Shown here: one piece after another, positions 38,345-51,824 of the stretch
Layout of the letters: each line of letters opens with the position of its first letter
Position numbering within the stretch: the stretch's first letter is position 1
Assembly: GCF_964213995.1 (NCBI RefSeq)
Contig: NC_135830.1
Location: 7,068,001-7,132,000, forward strand
Length of the DNA stretch: 64,000 bases
Source: Mustelus asterias
Taxonomy: Eukaryota
Reading direction: 5' to 3'
Program-made: the position numbers and the translations under genes
The notes under the pieces: generated by a model
Database searches by the model: none
What the model was told of the DNA's origin: nothing
The model's input: only the letters and a program-made list of their open reading frames with translations

Positions 38345-41300
38345 TTGTGGAATACGTCTGTTGTTCCCAATGTAGGATGTGGGAGGTCCTGGAGGCTCCT
38401 GGTCTCCCGGACGTCCATATCTGTGATGGGTGTGTCGAGCTGTGGTTCCGAAGGGACCGTGTTAGAGAACTGGAAGTGCAGCTCGAGGATCTTCGTCTGG
38501 TTAGGGAAAATGAGGAGGTGATAGACAGGAGCTATCATCAGGTGGTCACACCAGGGCCATGGGAGGCAGGCAAGTGGGTAACGGCCAGGAGGAGGAAAGC
38601 TCAGGTGATAGAGAGCACCCATGTGGATGTGCCCCTTCACAATACGTACTCCTGTCTGAATACTGCTGTGGGGGACAACCCACCTGGGGGAAGCAGCAGT
38701 GGCTGTGTCTCTGGAGCAGGGTCCGGCCCTGTAACCTAGAGGGCTAAAGAAAGGAGAAGGAAGGCAGTATTAATCGGGGACTCAACAGTAAGGGGGTCGG
38801 ACAGGCGTTTTTGCGGAGGCTGACTGGAGTCTCGGATGATGGTCTGCCTCCCGGGTGCCGAGATCCGCGATGTCTCTGGTCACGTCCCAGAAATCCTGAG
38901 GAGGGAGGGAGAGGAGCCAGAGGTCGTGGTACATATCGGTACCGCTGACATAGGTAGGAAGAGGGAAGGGGTCATGAAAAGAGAATATAGGGAGTTAGGT
39001 AGACAATTGAGAAGGAGGAACGCAAAGGAAGTAATCTGAGGATTACTGCCTGTGCCACGGGAAAGTGAGAGCAGGAATGGGGTGAGGTGGAGGATGAATG
39101 CGTGGCTGAGGGATTGGAGCAGGGGGCAGGGATTCTGGTTCCTGGATCATTGGGACCTCTTTAGGGGCAGATGTGACCTGTATAAAAAAGACGGGTGGCA
39201 CTTGAATCCCAGGGGGACCAATATCCTGGCAGGAAGGTTGGCTAAGGCTACTGGAGAGACATTAAACTAGAAAGGTTGGGGGAGGGAATCGAGATGAGGT
39301 GACTGGGAGCGAGGAGGGTATCCCACAAATAGAGAGGGATTGTAGACAGCGGAAGAGGGAGAATAGACGGGTGATAGAGAACGGGAGAGCTCAGACCAAT
39401 GGTTTGAGATATGTCTATTTTAATGCCAGGAGTGTAGTAAATAAAGTGGATGAGCTTAGAGTGTGGATCGATGCTTGGAAGTGTGATGCGGTGGCCATTA
39501 CGGAGACTTGGGGACAGGGACAGGACTAGACACTTCAGGTGCCGGGTTTCAGATGTTTCAGAAAGGGCAGAGAGGGAGGCAGAAGAGCGGGGGGAGTGGC
39601 ACTGCTGATCAGGGATATTGTCACAGCTGTAGAGAAGGTGGACGCCGTGGAGGGGTTGTCTACGGAGTCTCTGTGGGTGGAAGTTCGGAGAGGGAAGGGG
39701 TCGATAACTTTGCTGGATGTTTTCTATAGGCCGCCCAATAGTGACAGGGCTGCTGAGGAGCAGATAGGGAAACAGATCCTGGAGAGATGTAGGAATAACG
39801 GTTGTCGTGTTGGGAGAGTTTAATTTCCCAAACATTGATTGGAATATCCCTAGGGTAAGGGGCTTGGATGGGGAGGAGTTTGTGAGTTGTGTACAGGAGG
39901 GTTTCCTGACACAGCATGTGGATAAGCCTACAAGAGGAGAGGCTGTACTCGATCTGGTACTGGCTAATGAGCCTGGACAGGTGTCGGATCTCTCAGTGGG
40001 GGAGCATCTTGGGGATAGTGATCATAACTCTATCTCCTTTATGCTAACATTGGAAAGAGATAGGATCAGGCAAGCTAGGAAAGTGTTTATTTGGAGTAAG
40101 GGGAAATATGAAGCCATCAGGCAGGAGATAAGCGGCATAAATTTGAAGGAGGTACTCTCGAGGGAAAGTACCGAAGTAAGGTGGCAGATTTTCAAGGAAT
40201 GTTTGTCTGGAGTTCGACATCACAACGTTCCGATGAGACAGGGAGATTTTGGTAGGTTACGGGAACCGTGGTGCACGAAAGCTATGCTGAACCTAGTCAA
40301 AAGGAAAAGGAAAGCGTACAATAGGTTCAGAGAGTTGGCGATTATAGGGATCTAGATGAGTATACGGCTTGTAGGAAGGGACTGAAGAAGGAAATTAGGA
40401 GAGCCAGAAGGGGTCACGAGAAGGCCTTGGCAGGTAAGATTAAGGAGAACCTTAAGGCGTTCTATAAACATGTGAAGAGTTAAAGGATGAGATGTGAAGG
40501 AATAGAACCTATAAAAGCTGAAGGTGAGAAAGTCTGTATGGAACCAGTAGAAATAGCAGAGGTGCTTAATGAATGCTTTACCTCGGTATTCACGGTCGAA
40601 AAAGACCTGGGTGGTTGTACTACAGGATTGCGGCGGACTGAGAAGATTGAGTTTGTCGACATTAAGAAAGAAGATGTGTTGGAAATTTTGAATAAAATCA
40701 AGTTAGATAAGTCGCCGGGACCGGATGGGATGTACCCCAGGTTACCGTGGGAGGCGAGGGAAGAGATTGCAGAGCCTCTGTCGATGATCTTTGCGTTGTC
40801 GATGGAGACGCGAGAGGTTCCGGAGGATTGGAGGATTGTAGATGTGGTTCCTATATTCAAGAAAGGGAATTGGGATAGACCACGAAATTACCGACCGGCG
40901 AGTCTAACCTCAGTGTTTGGTAAGTTGATGGAGAAGATCCTGAGGGACAGGATTTATGAACATTTAGAGAAGTTTAGTATGCTCAGAAGTAGTCAGCACG
41001 GCTTTGTCAAAGGCAAATCGTGCCTTACGAGCCTGGTGGAGTTCTTTGAAAATGTGACTAAACACGTTGACGAAGGAAAAGCGGTAGATGTAGTTTACAT
41101 GCACTTCAGCAAGGCTTTCGATAAGGTCCCCCATGCAAGACTTCTTGAGAAAGTGAGAGGGCATGGGATCCAAGGGGCTGTTGCCTTGTGGATCCAGAAC
41201 TGGCTTGCCTGCAGAAGGCAGAGAGTGGTTGTAGATAGGTCTTTTTCTGAATGGAGGTCGGTCACCAGTGGAGTGCCCCAGAGATCTGTTCTGGGACCCT

Positions 41301-42225
41301 TGCTGTTTGTCATTTTCAGAAATGACCTGGATGAGGAAGTGGAGGGATGGGTTGGTAAGTTTGCCGACGACACGAAGGTTGGTGGTGTTGTGGATAGTTT
41401 GGAGGGATGTCAGAAGCTGCAGTGTGACATAGATAGGATGCAAGACTGGGCGGAGAAGTGGCAGATGGACTTCAACCCGGATAAATGTGTAGTGGTACAC
41501 TTTGGCAGGTCAAATGGAATGAAGGAGTATAATATCAAGGGTAAGACTCTTAGCAGTGTAGAGGCTCAGAAGGACCTTGGAGTCCGGGTCCATAGGGCTC
41601 TTAAATCGGCCTCACAGGTAGAGGAGGTGGTTAAGAAGGCGTATGGTGTGCTGGCCTACATCACTTGAGGGATTGAGTTTAGGAGTCGGGAGATAATGAT
41701 GCAGTTTTATAAGACCCTCGTCAGATGTAGAAATTATTGAAAGGGTGCGGAGAAGATTTACAAGGATGTTGCCTGGATTGGGTGGCATGCCTTATGAGGA
41801 TAGGTGGACAGAGCTCGGTATTTTCTCGTTGGAGAGACGAAGGATGAGAGGTGACCTGATAAAGGTGTACAAGGTGTTGAGAGGTATAGATCGGGTGGAT
41901 TCTCAGAGGCTTTTTCCCAGGGCTGAAATGGCTGCTACGAGAGGACACAGGTTTAAGCTGCTGGGGAGCAGGTACAGAGGAGATGTCAGGGGTAAGTTTT
42001 TCACTCAGAGGATGATGGGTGAGTGGAATCGGCTGCCGTCAATGGTGGTGGAGGCAAGCTCGATAGGGTCTTTTAAGAGCCTTCTGGATGAGTACATGGG
42101 ACTTAATAGGATTGAGGGTTGTAGGTAAGCCTATATATAGGCCAAGGTAGGTAGGGACATGACCGGCGCAACTTGTGGGCCGAAGGGCCTATTTGTGCTG
42201 TAGTTTTTCTATGTTCTATGTTCTA
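38345..42225 (+). mobile_element. Near-full-length CR1/HER1-like LINE (ORF1 Zn-finger/esterase, ORF2 endonuclease-RT), inactivated
   Basis: CSQCRMW...CDGC; CLPGA, VVHIGT, DGWHLNPRG; GEFNFPNIDW; RT ORF 40487-41668 with KFADDTK; (ttctatg)n tail; several stops and frameshifts. Confidence 0.93.
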
Positions 42226-43589
42226 AATACATTTATGTTCCCGCTGAAACCGTCTATTCCATCCTCAACGGAAGTTATCACTCAGAATGCATCCAGCACC
42301 CATCCAGGCTTGCCTTTCGGATTACCCTGGATATCATTGATATAAAATATCCAAGGAGAGGCAGTTGTATTGGCGGGAAGAAAAATGTTTAAATGGCTCA
42401 GGTTTAAGATGATTTGCTCCAGTTTAGAGTGGCCCCGGAGTAGCGTCAGTGTTACCTGGCAAGTTGCAATGTTTCAGGAGCTGCCCATTAATTAGGGCGG
42501 GGGAACTGGTTCCATAGTGATTTCAAAGGAGAGACAGTTCAGTGTTGGCAATGTCTACATTGTAACTGCTTTGTGCCAATTGTGGGAAGGTGGGAACAAG
42601 TCGGGAAAGACTTTGACTGATAAAATCTCCCAATTAGGTAAAACAGAAGGTTTATAGGATTATCACGACATCGGACTTCTTCTCCATGGTCGCTCCTATC
42701 CTGCTCTAACAGTATATGTTGAATTATTAGTGGTTGACGGAAGTCGATGCTGGACTATGGGGAGATGGTGGCCCACTGGTATTGTCACTGGATCAATAAT
42801 TTAAAGACCCAGGTTACTGATTCGGGGAAGAAATGTCAAATCTGATCAAGGCAGTTGGTGAAATTTGAAAACAATAAAATAAAATCTAATGACGACCATT
42901 GTCGATGGCTCTAAAACCCCATCTTGTTCATTAATGCGGCTTTGCGGAAGGAAATGTGCCGTCCTTACCTGGCCTGACATAGACGTGACTCAAGATACAG
43001 AGTAATGTGGTTGAAACTGAAATGTTTCTGGTCAATGGCAACACTCAGAATTTTTCAGGTATGAAAGCAGTATTTTAGAAGCATCTAGATGAACTCTTCA
43101 AATCTTTTATATACAAGGCAATGGACCAAGTGCTGGAACACGTAGCTGTTTGATGGCGAAGACAGACAAAAATGGATGAAGGGCTGTAAAATTCCATGGC
43201 CTAATGACTAACTCACCAGCTCCCCTTTCAATTCGGCCATGGGACATTAAACGCCTAACAGAGAAGACAAACTATTTTGTATCATATCCAAAAGTGGATG
43301 TGTGAGATTGTATAAGTTCCTCAGTTTTGTCATTGGAGCAGTGGGATTGGGCTGGAATCCCCAACGATTTCGAGACGATGACCTTACACAAAATTAACCA
43401 GGAGAAATGAGGTGCGGAAGTTGATCATTACTGAGACAGAAGGCGGCTGAAACCTGCCATGTGTACAGAAAAACATGCATTGTCGCCACTTCTCAAACCT
43501 CCCTCGACAGTATTTTAAATCCCACGAGCTCTACCTTCTTGAAGGCCAGGGCCAGCAGCCACATTGGAATCACCATCGTCTGGAAGTTG

Positions 43590-44026
43590 TTAAGGTGTCA
43601 GAGAAAACAAAACAAGTATGTTACGAATCCCATATGTTAGGTTATGACTAGACCTCAACCGTGTTTCAATTTTGACATTAGTGTGAGGATAAGGTGTTTC
43701 GCTCCAGGTCTGATTCCATTGACACACAAGGAAGCGCTTATCAAAACTAACTTCATTTAACAGTACAGTTTGACCATAACGAACGAATTAGTTTCACTTT
43801 TCCCAATTGAAATGCTTAGCTTAACAACATGCAATTCATAGCCGCTAATTCATCCCTATCAGTTCAAATTCAAGCAATATTCCTCTGATCGACTTGGACT
43901 CCTCTTCAAAATCAGTAACAATCCCCTGCTTATGCGCTTGGACTTGTTAAAAGTCCTAAAACACCTCTGGAGAGAGAGGCAGACAGAGAGACTCCTGTCT
44001 TCTGCCAGCCCCACACAGCAGCCTTC

Positions 44027-44057
<31 letters not shown>

Positions 44058-45476
44058 CAGAGAGAGAAAGACCTCTTTTTTCTTTCAGGACCAAGCAGAA
44101 ACTGGCTGTTTTAAAATAAAATAAAGCATTATGTTTTCCTTGCAAGCCCATTCACATGACCCTGCCTCTGCCAATCAACCCAATCAAAGCCCTACTCGGA
44201 AACCACAGGGGAAAAACCAAAATAAACAAAAATGCATTAACTCAGATTAAAATAAACACATACTTAGCTAAAATGAATCATTTGCCTGCATTAACAGTAT
44301 TCTCTGGGTTGGCCATAGAAGAGCGAGGATAGCGGTGGGAGGGTGTTTTTTTTCCGAATGGAGGTCTGTAGCTAGTGGTGTTCTGCAGTGATCAGTGCTG
44401 GGACCTGTGCTGTTCGTAATATATATCTAAATGGCTTGGAAGTAAACGTAGCTGCTCTGATTAGCAAATTTGCGGATGATACTAAGATTGGCAGAGTTGT
44501 GGATAGTGATGAAGATTGTCAGGGAACACCACAGGATATAGACAACCTGGAAAAATGGGTGGCGATCTGGCAGATGGAATTTAACCTGAACAAATGCGAG
44601 GTGATGCATTTTGGTTGATCCAATTGAGGTGGGAGCCATGAAATAAATGGCAGAACCATCAGGAGCATAGACACAGACAGATTTGAGAGTAAGGTCCACA
44701 GATCCTTAGAAGTGGGAGCACAGGTGGAAAAGGTGGTAAAGAAAGCATATGGCATGCTTGCCTTCATCGGACGGGGCATCGAGTATAAAAGTTGGCAAAT
44801 TATGTTACAGTTGGATGAAACTTTGGTTCGGCCACATTTTGAATAGTGTGTCCAATTCTGGTCACCACACTACCAGAAGGATGTGGAGGCTTTGGAGGGA
44901 GTGCAGAAAAGGTTTACCAGGATGTTGCCTGGTATGGAGGGTATTAGCTATGAGGAGAGATTGAATAAACTGGGATTGTTCTCCCTGGAAAGACGCAGGC
45001 TGAGGGGCGATCTGATCGAAGTTTATAAAGTTATGGAAGCTATAGATAGAGTGAACAGTTGGAAGCTTTTTCCCAGGGCAGAAATGACAATTACAAGGGG
45101 GCAGCAAGTGCAAGATAAGGGGGGAAAGGTTCAGTGCAGATGCGTGGAGGAAGTTTCTTACACAGAGGGCGGTGGGGGTCTGGAATGCATTGCCATCTGA
45201 GGTGATTGAGGCAGTCACTTTAATAACATTTGAGGCATATCTTGATAGGCATATGAAGAAACGGGGAACAGAACGATATAAGCGGTTGGTCTAGATAAGA
45301 CAACATGATCGGCACAGGCTCAGAGGGCCGAAGGGCCGTTTGCTGTGCTGTACTGTCGTTTGTTATTTGTTCTTTGTGCAGACAAATCGGCCCCCGTAAA
45401 ACAGAGTTGAATTTTAAACATACCTCTTACAAGAAACATGATAGAAATTAATTTCTTAAAGGCACAGTATCGTTAC
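43590..45476. mobile_element. LTR-like insert with (GA)n and nested CR1 3' part (44305-45375, plus)
   Basis: Interrupts an older repeat at a TTGTT direct repeat; TGTTACG...CGTTAC ends; nested KFADDTKIG, RRLRGDLIEVYK. Confidence 0.55.
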
Positions 45477-48400
45477 TTGTTCCCCTCCAAATCGCTCACC
45501 ATTCCAACTTCTAAATATATCACTGTTTCTTAACTGTCGCGGGACGAAAATCCTGGAATTCTCTCCCTAACAGCACTGTGGGTGTAAACATCAGAAAATT
45601 AAATCTAATGGTGACCCAATTTGATTGCTACCAAAACCCACCACTTTCACTGATGACCCTGTGGGGAAGGAGACCTGCTTTCTCTGCTTGGTTTATCCTG
45701 CTCGTGACTCAATATCCACAGCAAGTGATTGACTCTGGAATAGCCTCGCAAAACATTTATTTGAAGTGATGAGTAACAGGTAAGAAATCCAGAGAGTTTT
45801 TCAGGAGAAACTATATTGCACAACGAGTGTTGAAAACGTGGAACTTCCTCTCACAAAACGTAATTTTGGCCAATTCCATGAATATATTCATGGGGAAGTA
45901 AGAAGCACAGAAGGGCAAGTGAAGATTAGAATGATATAGGTGTGAGAGAAAGGCGGGCGAGAAGCGGCTCTTGGCATCGACAGCAGCATAATATTTAGTA
46001 CCTGCCCTTACCCTTTCAGCGCGTCGAGGCTGCTGCGCCATTTAACATGAGTGTGGTTGATCCGTGACTTCAAGTCTACCGCCCTGTTCGTTACTATATC
46101 TCTGAATCCACCTAAAACACATTGATTTACGTTTCAGATGCATTCAACAACTGAACAGGCATAGTTCCCTGGCGGTGGACAATAGAAAGCGCTGTCCATC
46201 CCCTTCTAGCTTCTATGTGCCCCCTCACAGCTTGTATTCCCATCTGTCCTTGTAAAATGTACAAACCCAGATATATTATCATCTCGCTTTTCGTGTAGCT
46301 CATTGATGGAGAATGCAACTAGCCTTAGCCATGAGCCTTAATGCACACTGACTAGCAGCAATGACCAATGTTAACATCTCCCGTTCAAGGGGAGGTGGAC
46401 ACGTCGCGGTAAAGTTACTGGTTTAATAATCCTGGGACCCCAGATCATTCTCAGGGGACTTGGGTTCGAACCTCAACATGGAAGCAGATGGCGAAATTTC
46501 AGTTCAATAAAAATCTGGAATTAGAAGTTTAATGATGACCATGAAAGCATTGTTGATTTCCTTTTTAAAAAAAAGCAATCTGCATTTTAGAGAAGAATAT
46601 CTGACATCCTTCCATCGCCTGGGCTACATGGTACTCCAAAAAATGCCCGACAGGGTCTTGAAAGGCATCCTGTTAAAAGGGAGGGGGGGGGGAGCAACAG
46701 GTGATGGGCAATAAATGTTAGCCCAGACAGCGACGTCCACATTCCATTAATGAGTTAAAAATATCCATGCTCTGATTCTGCCCATTACCCTAGCCGTGCT
46801 AATATTTGGCTGCCAACTGTACAGTCACTTGACTTGCCTATTGACATCGTGTTTGCTTGTTTATTGAATGTATTTTTGGAAATTCAATTCTACTGCCTCC
46901 ACTTGATCTATTTTGCGACTTGCAAACTCAAAGGTATTAATGCGTTCCTCAAAGTGAATTGCTTTTCGTAAAACCTGATGGACCAATCTATGATTTTCGA
47001 GGTGCTTTATTAAGACTGCCTCAATAACAGATTGCAGCTCTTTCCCGCCGGCTGACGTGAAGCTGAAGGAAAAAAGTTGTACAGTAGTTCCCTGTTTCCT
47101 CCCTTTCCCCCTTCATTCTTTAAGAGGAGTTTCAATAGCTGCATGAGTAAGAAAGAGACAAATATAACGTTGTGTTGGACGGTTGGCTGAAGGAGGTTCA
47201 GAAATGTCCGTTGGCCTTTAACAATGATATGGATCAGCTAGTTCGAATGTCATGTACAATTTATGCAATTGTCTGGAAAGTACAATGTATTTAAGTGAAC
47301 TTGTAACTTGTAGATTTTTGTAGTCCAGATTCTGGGTTCCATTGAAATAGGTAACACAAACATGACTTTGCATTTCAGACAGGTTCCTAACATTCGAATA
47401 GAACACAGCAATGGATTCATTTGCACACTGAAGTAATACTTTAAATATTCTCTGGTCGTAACCTGGCGGCAAAGATTCATGGAGTCAGACTCTGTCATTG
47501 TGAAATCTATTGGTGGGTTATGTAGCTCCTCAGCCGGGTGTTAAGTGTAATTCTACTGTGACGCTTTTATATCGCAAGTATCCATTTAATTATGACGAAG
47601 GGAATTTTCAATGGAAAGTAGGGCAGGAAGTAGCACATCTTGCATTTAGAATTTCTGCATCCCCAGTATCTCGAAGGGGATGGCAAAAATAAATTTTGCA
47701 TCGGTTTGTCACATTACGTGTAAAAAGAGATTTTTAACAATCCTCTATTTTGTCCGCTATTCAACTTCATTTGTGTGTGGAGATAGCCCCATGCCTTTGT
47801 TACCTCTGGATTCGCCTTTCAAGTTTTATATCCCACATTCCTCACTGCATTAACTTCAGTTGGTCCAAACTATAATATCCAGAACTTCACTCCCTCCAAG
47901 TCTGGCTGATCTCGGGCAGGAGGTGCCGTAGTGTCACGGTCAGGTTGCTGTATTAGCGATTAGCCAGAGCCACGGGCTCTCTGCACGTGGGTTCAAATCT
48001 CACCATGGCAAGTTATTTGAATTGCAACTCAAGTCATAAACTTGGAAGGGAAGGTTTTGTACTCAGTCATGTTCACTGTGAATCTGGTTCAATTATTCCT
48101 TTTAACGTTATCTACCAACCTTACGTGGTCTGACTGCACATCGACAGCAATGGACAGACCTCTGGATTGACGTAACAATCCGATTTGATTTAATTTGCTT
48201 TATTATTGTCACAGATATTAGTACACAGTGAAAAGTATTGTTTCATGCATCATATGCAAACAAAGCATACAGTTCATAGAGAAGGAAAGGAGACAGTGCA
48301 GAATGTACAGTCATAGCTCGGGTGGAAAGAAAGTTCAACTTAGTGCGAGGTAAGTCCATTCAAAAGTCTGATGGTGGCAGGAAAGAAGCTGTTCTTGAGT

Positions 48401-49134
48401 CTGTTGGTATGTGTCCTCAAACTTTTGAATTTTTTTCCCGACGGAAGAAATTGGAAGAGTGTACATCCGGGGTGTGTGGGGTTCTTGATTTTTGCTGGCT
48501 GCTTTTTCGAAGCAGCGGGAAGTGTTTCAATGGATGGGAGGCTGGTTTGCTTGTCCGACTGGGCTTCGTTCACGGACCTTTGTAGTTCGAATCCATTCAG
48601 TTCAGTGCAATTAGGGATGTCATGCTAAGTAAAAACAAAACTATATTGGCTTCTGGGTAAACATCAGAGTTCCCGTCATTCTCATAGTTGCTCTTTTCTC
48701 CATCTTTGTAACCTTCTCCAACCTGTATGCCTTTCAGTCTGTTGTTGCTCCAGTTTTGGCCTTTTGAAAGTGCCCCAAATTCCTTTGGGCCCCTCAATCC
48801 GCGAGCGTGCCTTTAAGAGCCTTGTTCCTGAGCTGGAGAATTCTCTACGTTAACCACTCACCGCCGCCCCCGTCCACCCGCTCTGTTTACCTACCTCCAT
48901 TCCTTTAATAATGTTCCTGAAAACTTACCTCACCTTCAGCACATCCTGCTGGTCATCTAACCCCACAGTTTTTCTGTGCAAAACATATTTTTCGCCAGCG
49001 CTCGTGTGAAATCCCATGGACCGTTTTACTCGGGCTTTATCGGAGTGGAATTGATAGCTGCATTTATCAGCGAGATTCTGCTCTAGCAGCTGAAGTTATA
49101 CATCTGACAGTAGCAGCAGCAACAGCTGCTGACG

Positions 49135-49217
49135 AGTTTTTGTACTGGCATGTATCACTGTGGTGGGCTACGTGGGACCACAGTAGCTGAATCTCCCTCA
49201 ACGCCCGTACAATAACC
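49135..49217 (+). other. TRDD: TCR delta-type D segment (49163-49178, GTGGGCTACGTGGGAC) with 12/23 RSS
   Basis: AGTTTTTGT-12-CACTGTG [D] CACAGTA-23-ACAATAACC; G-rich, open in all three frames. Confidence 0.92.
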
Positions 49218-49427
49218 TCCCAGCCTCACAGGAGTTCACCAACCTCTCTCAATAGCACCCCTCTCAGCCCACTCCCCGCCGCTGACTCCCAACCCCACCG
49301 TGATGTTGACCGAGTTTATCCTATTACTGGTCTGACCCAGCCCTAATCAAATCAGTCAGACACAGGACAGAGAGAAAGAGTGGTGAACGGGACCCCAGTG
49401 GATCTTGTTCCGGGATCAAACTCTGTG

Positions 49428-49487
49428 CAACATATGAAAAGGCTAAGCTCATCTTTGGCAACGGGACCAGGCTGATTGTGGAACCCA
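49428..49487 (+). CDS. TRDJ: TCR J segment 1 (apparently functional)
   Basis: GGATCTTGT-12-CTCTGTG; TYEKAKLIFGNGTRLIVEP; gtaagt donor. Confidence 0.9.
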
Positions 49488-50825
49488 GTAAGTAACTAAT
49501 CCTGGATAATGTTCTCTCTTCATGTTATTTTGCCCCCTGTGACTTAATTGAGACATACAATTATTTTAATGATCATTGTTGTTTTATGGATGAGCAGGGA
49601 TCTTTGGGAATTTGAAGCGTAGCTTGACTGGGCATTGAGATTTTCCGAAGTATTTTCTTTAAACATTTAACTGGCCTCTATCATGACAACACAAGTGTGC
49701 TGCCAACAGGGAGATATGTCAATGATCTGGCTGTGTGTAGTACAAGTAAGTGACACCTCGATAGATAGCTGGAAGATACTCACCACGATAGAGTCATCGG
49801 GTCATAGAAGGAGACAGCACTGGAAAAAGCCCTTCAGCATAATGAGGGGCATAGATAGAGAAGACAGGAAGATAATTTTCCCTTTACTTGAGAGAGCAGA
49901 GAGCAGCCAGGGGCATAGATTTAAGGTAGGGGCAGGAGATTTAGAGGGGATGTGAAGAAAACATTTTGACCCAAAGGGTGATGAGCGTCTGGGACTCACT
50001 GCCTGAAATGGTGATGGAGGCCGAGACCCTCTCAACATTTAAGAAGTATTTAGATATACATTTGTGATGTCATATCATACACGGCAATGGGCCAAGTGCT
50101 GGAAAATGGGATTAGAATAGTTATTTGGTTTGTCTTTGACTGGCGGAGACATGATAGGCCGAAAGGCGTTTTCTGTGCAGTGGACTTCTCTGACTTTATG
50201 AATCTTTGCCCTCAGACTATGAATAAAGAATATTTCAAATGTCACTTCAGTGTGCAAATGAATCCATTATTGTGTATGAATTCTAGTGGTAGGGAACCTG
50301 TCTGAACTGCAAAGTCATGTTTGTGTTACCTATTTCAATGGAACCCAGAATTAGGACTACAATCATCTATGCAGCCTTCTGGCATCAAAATCACAGTTCT
50401 AAGTTACACTTATAAAGGTGGGGTGAGTTGAGATTGGGGGGAGGGGGTGGGTTGGGGCTCAATGGTGTAGATTTCCTTTAGTTCCAATTCTGAACGAAAT
50501 CCCAAAAGCAGCATTTTTGTATGGATTTGAAAATTCCGTTCGGAAGTGAGCCATGGAATTCTCGACACGTGTTACCTCGCTTGGATGTGTACATTGAGAG
50601 CTCCCAGCCAGTCACGCTCTGACTTATTTTCCTGGGAAATTAAGAGATGGATGACTTGAAAGATTGTAAAAGTTTCTGATTAACTTTTGATCCAAACAAA
50701 CTGCAGGAAATAGTATTCTGTAGCGAGACCTGCTTAACTGCCCTGAGCAATGACTAAAGCCCTTTTTGAATTTTGGCATGCATGCTCCCTGTCTTTGGGT
50801 TCTGACATGGAGAGTAATCGCAGTG

Positions 50826-50889
50826 TACGCTCGTGCTTCTTACAGACCATTAATATGCGGTGGTGGAACCAAATTGAGCGTGGAGCCAA
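50826..50889 (+). CDS. TCR J segment 2, non-canonical CGGG motif, weak RSS
   Basis: GGTTCTGAC-12-CGCAGTG; YARASYRPLICGGGTKLSVEP; gtgagt donor. Confidence 0.75.
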
Positions 50890-50917
50890 GTGAGTAGAAT
50901 CTATTGGCATCAATTAC

Positions 50918-51255
50918 GGGTGGCACGGTGGCACAGTGGTTAGCACTGCTGCGTCACAGCTCCAGCAATCCAGGTTCGAATCCAGGCTTGGGTTACTGTC
51001 TGTGTGGAGGTTGCACGTTCTCCCCGTGTCTGCGTGGGTTTCCGCCAGATTCTCTGGTTCCTCTCACAGTCCAAAGATGTGCGGGCTATGTTTATTGGTC
51101 ATGCTGAATTGCCCATTAGTGTCAGGGACTGTGTAGGTTAGAGGGATTAGTGGGATAAATTTGTGGGGATAGGTCCTGGGGTGGGATTGTTGTCAGTGCA
51201 GACTCGATGGGCCGAATGGCCTCCTTCTACACTGTAGGGATTCTATGATCTATGA
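50918..51255 (+). mobile_element. HE1-like SINE
   Basis: GGGTGGCACGGTGGCACAGTGGTTAGCACTG...GGTTCGAATCC head; ttctatga tail. Confidence 0.85.
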
Positions 51256-51761
51256 ATTTGAGAAGATTCATTTTGCACTCAGAAGTTTTTGGCCTCATTG
51301 CAAAAGTGGGGAAAAAATTTGCCATTGTGACAAACGAACCTGACGAATTATACAATGATGAAGGAATGTGTCCTTTTCCACTTGCACATAAAGACGTTCC
51401 TCACACAACTAAGTATCTCACACGTACCAAGGGTTACCAGTCAACTATTGATGCCACAATGCTTCAAAGAATAGTGATCCAACTTTTTTTTAAAAAAGAA
51501 AACAATATTTCCTAATGCCAGACTGATTCCGGGATAGCAGGATTATTAGCTTTGTTTCTCTCTCTACACGTGCTGCCAGACGTACACAGTTTATCCAGAA
51601 TTGTCTCTTTCTAATTTGCTATTTAATCGGTCGCACCTGTTTTGAGGGCAGATAGGTCATAAAATTATGCTAAGAGCATGTACTCCCCAGGGTTTTGAAA
51701 TAGCTGAAGTCTCTGTGGCCTGCCCCAGTGGAAGCTTTCTGCTTGGGCAATAGTCACTGTG

Positions 51762-51824
51762 TGTATAATGCTGATACTGAAAAACTGATATTCGGCAGCG
51801 GCACCCGACTGCAGGTTGTGCCAA
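51762..51824 (+). CDS. TRDJ: TCR J segment 3 (apparently functional)
   Basis: GCTTTCTGC-12-CACTGTG; YNADTEKLIFGSGTRLQVVP; gtaagt donor. Confidence 0.88.

Noticed and set aside
40487-41668. 393-aa reverse transcriptase ORF as an active element or host gene
   Set aside because: Fragment of a CR1 ORF2 broken by stops, frameshifts and a deletion
48052-48080. AGGTTTTGT-13-CACTGTG as RSS of a second D or a J
   Set aside because: 13-nt spacer, no downstream heptamer or FGxG, and appears to lie in decayed SINE-like sequence
49296-49335. CACCGTG heptamer between D and J1
   Set aside because: No nonamer at 12 or 23 nt and no upstream RSS
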